Origin: Bdellovibrionota bacterium
Lineage (GTDB): Bacteria; Bdellovibrionota_C; UBA2361; JBIKUX01
Direction of reading: 5' to 3'
NCBI GenBank assembly: GCA_044347345.1
Contig: JBIKUX010000006.1
Span: 45,218 to 109,217, forward strand
DNA length: 64,000 nucleotides
The translations under genes were made by a program, and so were the position numbers. The notes beneath the pieces were generated by a model. It saw nothing but the letters and a program-made list of their open reading frames with translations. It was not told where the DNA came from and did not search any database. Positions 59,348 through 64,000 of the stretch are shown here, piece by piece (the stretch's first letter is position 1; every line of letters starts with the position of its first letter).

Positions 59348-61003
59348 TCAAAGTCTTAGTTCATCACGCGATATGTGGTTAAAAGAGCTAATAAACTCTC
59401 GACCACTCCATCCATAAGGTAATATAGCTTTAAAGAGTAGAGGATTAAATTGTATTACTTGATCGTTGTTAAATTGAAGTAATGCCTGTGGCCACAGTTG
59501 AGAGTGGGTAAAGCCGTGGCGCTGTGAGCTACTACTATAATCTTGGTCATCAAGAGTAATTTTAAAGTGTACATGACCACTTAGGAGTTTTTGGAATTTT
59601 TCAACAAGATAATCTCCGCTGTAATCATTTGAAGCATCGATAACAGCCCCAAAAATAAATGAGAATTTACTATTTTTTGTATTGTCGCATAACTTAAGCC
59701 ACTCAGAATGAATAGATGATGAATGGTCGTCAACTAAAATGATATGAGGATCATCTAACTCAAAAGTAGTTGTTTCAACAATTTCATTTATTGCACATTC
59801 TAAATCACTACAAATAATGTGCTGGAGATTCTTGGTAAAGATTTGTTCAGAGCCATGAGGGAGATAAAAATATATTATTTTACCGGATGTAACGGCCTCT
59901 TTAAAATTAAGATCAGTGTACGGAGTAGATATAATACTACTAAGTTCACCGACGGGTAAAGATTCAAGAACACTAGCAACACGCTTAATCGCCTCAAGTA
60001 TATTTGTATGGCGGTAGTGCACATCTTTCACTTTAAAAATCCTAAGTAATATTTCTTCAAGCTCATTAATGCATTTCCAGGCGTTTTGTTCGTGTAAAAT
60101 CTCTTTAAGTGTAGGATAAGTAGATTCAAAATCTGAAAGAACTTTTGCTAAATCTTTAATTGACCACGACTTGTTGGTATTTTCTAAAGCTCGGATGATA
60201 CGAGAAATTGTATCATAAACTAGACGATTAAGATGAGGATTTATAAATCCTTGCTGAAGAAATAAAGAAACAATCTTAAGAATCTTTTTTGATTTAATCT
60301 CTGCTGACTGATTTGTAGCTAAAAAATTATACGAGTGAAGAGAATTTGTTGGGTCAATGATTATGACATCTTCGATTCTACCAGTAATCATGGCAATAAA
60401 AATTATATGGGATAGCGTTTCGGAATTATGTTTCTTATCGATAAAAGTGCATCCGCTTACCCTACCACGAGAAAATTGTTGTAGGATAAGTGATTCAAGC
60501 CAAGCTGTTTTTAAATTTGTAACATTTGAATAACTTAAAATATAGCCATTACTACATATAGCTTGGTCGCTTAGCCAAATTGGTTCGCCGTCAAAAGAGT
60601 TAAATCCTAACAAGTATTTGTTAATTACACCTTTTTGCTCCTTTTGCGTATCTACAAGAGCTTTTGAATATGCATCTCTTTTGGGCGGATAACCGGAAAT
60701 TAACTTTCCGTTTTGTTTAACTGATTCAGTTTGTCTAACAACTTCAATAAGAAGCTTAGATGCTAGTGAGTAAAAAAACTTTCCGATATAAAATGCCGGA
60801 ATTATCCAAATCGAAACGATAATGCTTAAAGGAATTGATTCTCCCAACGGAGACATAGTTAGGAATAAAATGAACGAAGAGACCATAATAGACCGGATTT
60901 TAGAACTTATACTACTCTGGTCATGATATGATATTATTTCACTTAAGAGCTGTTTGATACTCGCCTTAGCGTCAGGTTTTCGATGACCAGTAATATCCCT
61001 CAT
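59348..61003 (-). CDS. DotL/IcmO/TrbC-like type IV coupling protein homolog with degenerate ATPase motifs
   Basis: N-terminal TMs; LLG....GEPIWL; SGCTFIDKK...GRIEDVIIIDP..SYNFL; LNFKEAVTSGKIIYFYLP; PHIILVDD; FSFIFG, in the order expected for DotL-type proteins. Confidence 0.7.
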   Translation of the reverse strand: MRDITGHRKPDAKASIKQLLSEIISYHDQSSISSKIRSIMVSSFILFLTMSPLGESIPLSIIVSIWIIPAFYIGKFFYSLASKLLIEVVRQTESVKQNGKLISGYPPKRDAYSKALVDTQKEQKGVINKYLLGFNSFDGEPIWLSDQAICSNGYILSYSNVTNLKTAWLESLILQQFSRGRVSGCTFIDKKHNSETLSHIIFIAMITGRIEDVIIIDPTNSLHSYNFLATNQSAEIKSKKILKIVSLFLQQGFINPHLNRLVYDTISRIIRALENTNKSWSIKDLAKVLSDFESTYPTLKEILHEQNAWKCINELEEILLRIFKVKDVHYRHTNILEAIKRVASVLESLPVGELSSIISTPYTDLNFKEAVTSGKIIYFYLPHGSEQIFTKNLQHIICSDLECAINEIVETTTFELDDPHIILVDDHSSSIHSEWLKLCDNTKNSKFSFIFGAVIDASNDYSGDYLVEKFQKLLSGHVHFKITLDDQDYSSSSQRHGFTHSQLWPQALLQFNNDQVIQFNPLLFKAILPYGWSGREFISSFNHISRDELRL

Positions 61004-61022
61004 AAGAGCTCGTTTCTAGCCA

Positions 61023-63053
61023 TTAGCGTAGGCCTGAATAAAGGGTTGATTTGTGAGTAGATTGCGAAAAATCATCAATAATTTCTATGCTTACTGCTTC
61101 GGGGATATTTTCAATTAAGTTGTATATTCCGTGCTTTTCAAAGTTTTTGAAACGAATCGGAATAAGTCCTTTTACGAGTGTTAAGGTAAGTTCAGATGAT
61201 CCTGAAAAAACATCTCGGTATTTTATAATACAACTTGTTAGGGCACTTTCTCCGATTTTTTTATTATTTATACTTGATACAATCCATCCATAAAATTGTA
61301 GAACGTATCTCAGTGAATTCCATAACGATAAATCTTTTTCGTTTATCTCGTATTCATATGTTACGTATTCTATGGTTTCAATGGATAAAGGTTTTAGTTG
61401 TTTATTTGCGAAGTTTTCTTGGGAAAACAGGTCTAATCGGTAGCCAGATTCAATCAAACTGGCAATTCGGGATAGCTTTGAATATTGAAGTGTGTCCTCC
61501 ACAAGGTCTAGCATATTTCTAATCGGAATTAGGTAATAATTTTCACCTTGCAAAAAGGTACCGTTTAGAAAAGAAGCATCTCCTTTTTGGATAATGCTAG
61601 CGATAGCTTTTTGCCATTCATTTTCAACCTCATTGAGAAGTCCATATAGTTCTAAATTATTCGCAATTTGGTGGAGAGTTTCAGGATCTCCGTCTGCTAA
61701 TTTTGTCCATTGCTGAAGAGCCAGTAGTGAACTTTCCCACTGTTCCTCAAGGGAAGTCGCTCTTTTTGAGTGAGATGATAACTTAGCTGAATACAGAATC
61801 GATTTTCTAATGAGCGCGCGTTCCAGAGGGGAAAAATCCTCAGAAAATTCTGGTATTGAGTAAAGAATTGATCTAGCACTGAGTATTGGATTGTAGGAGG
61901 TATTAGTCCAATAGCGACCGTCAGTTATTTTGTATACTAGTAGCCTTGCTCCTAATATGGCTAATATAGTTGTTGCTACAAGCTGAGGGGTTAGCTCTTT
62001 AATGCTTGTTTTATGTCTGATAGTCAGTACCGAAATAAAATATTGCTCTAGTTTCGAAATGTCAGAGTCGGTTGTTGACTTTTCAAATTTTATGCGTCTG
62101 TGAGCACTAAGTACTGCACTTAAGAGTATGTTAGTATATTTTGGTAAGGTTTCATATACATCATCGATGTTTGTTTTGCTTGCCTTTTTTAGGTAACTTG
62201 GTAAAGAGGAACCTGCTAGTATATAAGCCGTTAAAGCTCTTGTAGTTTTGCACAAGGCTCCATACTCAGTTAACAATTCATAAAGTCTGCTGTCTTCAAT
62301 GTCGCTGTCTTCAAAGTTTTTATTTTGAGCCTGTTCGAGTATTTGGTCTTTTTTCTGTGAGTTTTGCCTTGATGAAGATGAAGCCAATGATGTAGGTAAC
62401 GCTACTGAACTTGGTAACAAAAGAGTAGGTTGACCTTGTTCGTCGACATTATTGTAAATTGCTGTTAACCCCCAATCGAAATGGAGTCCATTGCTGAGTA
62501 ATCCAAGTAGATCTTTACCTTTGAATGGAGAAAAAGTTTGATATCGCCATACCACCGATACTGCACCGCAGATAACATAGATCCTTAGCCAAAAGAGAAA
62601 ACAGAAGCACACTCGAAGTAGACCTAGTAAAACAAATGCTAGAATTTTACTTTCAAAAAATGTTGAAAGAGTACCTTCCTTATGTACGGTGTCTAAAACA
62701 AATTGGGCGATCTTGGTAAAAATTATGCCTTCAAATTGTGGAACTCTACTTAAGAGAGTCTCGTGCAAGAAAGTTACATCAGCGACTATATTTTGCTCGG
62801 TTTTTGTTATTGTTGTTGTAGGTAATGTTAGTTGAAGAGCGTCCAGAGGAAATAAGGTGAATACTAAAACACTCGTGACATAGAGGGCTAACGAGAAGCA
62901 GGAAAGAATTATTAAATGATCTTCGCGAGAGTATGAGTTTATATTTTGTTTAAAAACGTTTTTATATAGAAACTTGCCGATAAGTGGTGATAACTTTAAA
63001 TATCGGTTTAAAGTCTCTTTTATCTTTACAATCGGGGTCTTTAACCAATGCAC
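61023..63053 (-). CDS. membrane-anchored hypothetical protein, possibly DotM/IcmP-like
   Basis: N-terminal TMs, large helical soluble domain, immediately upstream of the DotL-like gene; weak motif DLSLWNSLRYVLQFYG. Confidence 0.5.
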   Translation of the reverse strand: MHWLKTPIVKIKETLNRYLKLSPLIGKFLYKNVFKQNINSYSREDHLIILSCFSLALYVTSVLVFTLFPLDALQLTLPTTTITKTEQNIVADVTFLHETLLSRVPQFEGIIFTKIAQFVLDTVHKEGTLSTFFESKILAFVLLGLLRVCFCFLFWLRIYVICGAVSVVWRYQTFSPFKGKDLLGLLSNGLHFDWGLTAIYNNVDEQGQPTLLLPSSVALPTSLASSSSRQNSQKKDQILEQAQNKNFEDSDIEDSRLYELLTEYGALCKTTRALTAYILAGSSLPSYLKKASKTNIDDVYETLPKYTNILLSAVLSAHRRIKFEKSTTDSDISKLEQYFISVLTIRHKTSIKELTPQLVATTILAILGARLLVYKITDGRYWTNTSYNPILSARSILYSIPEFSEDFSPLERALIRKSILYSAKLSSHSKRATSLEEQWESSLLALQQWTKLADGDPETLHQIANNLELYGLLNEVENEWQKAIASIIQKGDASFLNGTFLQGENYYLIPIRNMLDLVEDTLQYSKLSRIASLIESGYRLDLFSQENFANKQLKPLSIETIEYVTYEYEINEKDLSLWNSLRYVLQFYGWIVSSINNKKIGESALTSCIIKYRDVFSGSSELTLTLVKGLIPIRFKNFEKHGIYNLIENIPEAVSIEIIDDFSQSTHKSTLYSGLR

Positions 63054-63406
63054 ACTAAATATCCCGTTTACAGAAGTTAAAAAGGTGAGAAGCTTTGAGT
63101 CGAGAGATGGCTCGAAGTTAGCTCGTGGCTTCTCATACTTTGACTACTATTGCTAGCGTTACTTAATAAGTGAGAGTGGTTCTCATAAGTCGAATCAACA
63201 AAAAGTTGTGGCTTGCTTCAAGGCTCTAGTGTTTCCTAAGAAGATATCTCGGGCTGAATGTGGGTGAGCTCGGTATGTTGTGGGAAAGATCCACTAGTTA
63301 GATATGTTTTTTTTCAAATATCCATCCTCAAACTGAAGTGATTTTTCAATTTTAATTGATATTATTATGGTTAGTTAGGAATTTTTACCTATTTATTTGT
63401 AATATC

Positions 63407-64000
63407 ATGTTTCCTCTTACCGTTGATATCTGTTCTCTGGTCCATTCTCAAGCACGCGAGAATAAAAGACTCGGACTAGTGACCATGGAGGGATTGGCAC
63501 CTGATGTTGAGAGAGTTCTCTTTAGCGATAAAATAGAGATTCTTGGGTTCTTAATTCCGCTTGATTTAGTTGAGTTACCAAGTTGGTGTGTCTCTCTAAG
63601 ACGTGGCGGTAAGTTACTACCTTTAAGATATCGTTCGCTTCCAGAATTTGTACAATGGGAAATTCTTAAGAAACGCTTTAATACGGTTTTTATTAATTCC
63701 TTAACTTCACTGCGTAATGAAGACCTCTCCTGGTTAGCGGACTTACTGCATACGGTGCACGAATTAGCTGGAGTAAATCATGTAATTATTAATATAACAT
63801 CTTTCTCAGTTGAAAATTGGGCAGCTTTGCTGAGTAGATTAAGAGACGATATAGCGTTCTCGATTACTAACTACAATTATAGAGTAAGCAACTACTTCAA
63901 GGAATTTGAGGAGGTTGAAAAGCTTTTACGACGAAATCCTAAGCTGCGATGGGCTGTTAATTATAAATGGTTTTGCAAAAATATTTGCGGATTTACCGAG
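63407..64000 (+). CDS. hypothetical protein, 3'-truncated by window edge (not in ORF track)
   Basis: Manual translation from ATG 63407 (MFPLTVDICSLVHSQ...) is open for 198 codons to the end of the window. Confidence 0.65.
   Translation, partial: MFPLTVDICSLVHSQARENKRLGLVTMEGLAPDVERVLFSDKIEILGFLIPLDLVELPSWCVSLRRGGKLLPLRYRSLPEFVQWEILKKRFNTVFINSLTSLRNEDLSWLADLLHTVHELAGVNHVIINITSFSVENWAALLSRLRDDIAFSITNYNYRVSNYFKEFEEVEKLLRRNPKLRWAVNYKWFCKNICGFTE

Noticed and set aside
58300-64000. Integrated conjugative element or prophage around the DotL-like gene
   Set aside because: No integrase, relaxase, VirB4/DotO-like or phage genes and no att-like repeats are visible; sequence beyond the window edge is unknown.

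Overview
64 kb of an AT-rich (roughly 35-40% GC by eye), gene-dense chromosome of an LPS-making diderm bacterium. The gene mix suggests a Bdellovibrionota/deltaproteobacteria-like lineage, but that is inference only. Most of the window is housekeeping or accessory metabolism: a lipid A operon (lpxB-msbA fusion, waaA, lpxK), an OprI/Lpp-like lipoprotein convergent with an L,D-transpeptidase, four type IV minor pilins, ribE, ppa, a leucine-degradation operon lacking liuD, fadJ, a type-2 ileS, a RAYT-like HUH transposase with repeat-rich flanks, a DUF2760-Hsp70-Hsp70 module, an orphan TadE/TadG pair, and a DotM-like/DotL-like pair. I found no rRNA, tRNA or CRISPR array. The strongest candidates for novelty are (1) a single-ORF LpxB-MsbA fusion with no internal start at the junction, (2) a full-length DotL/IcmO-like coupling protein whose ATPase motifs have decayed, next to a possible DotM-like gene and with no other T4SS genes in view, (3) an acetoacetyl-CoA synthetase-GT2 fusion that one extra A could explain, and (4) the RAYT-like gene with GGTGC/GCACC motifs beside a compositionally mosaic ileS. 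All family calls come from motif recognition by eye; no database searches were run.
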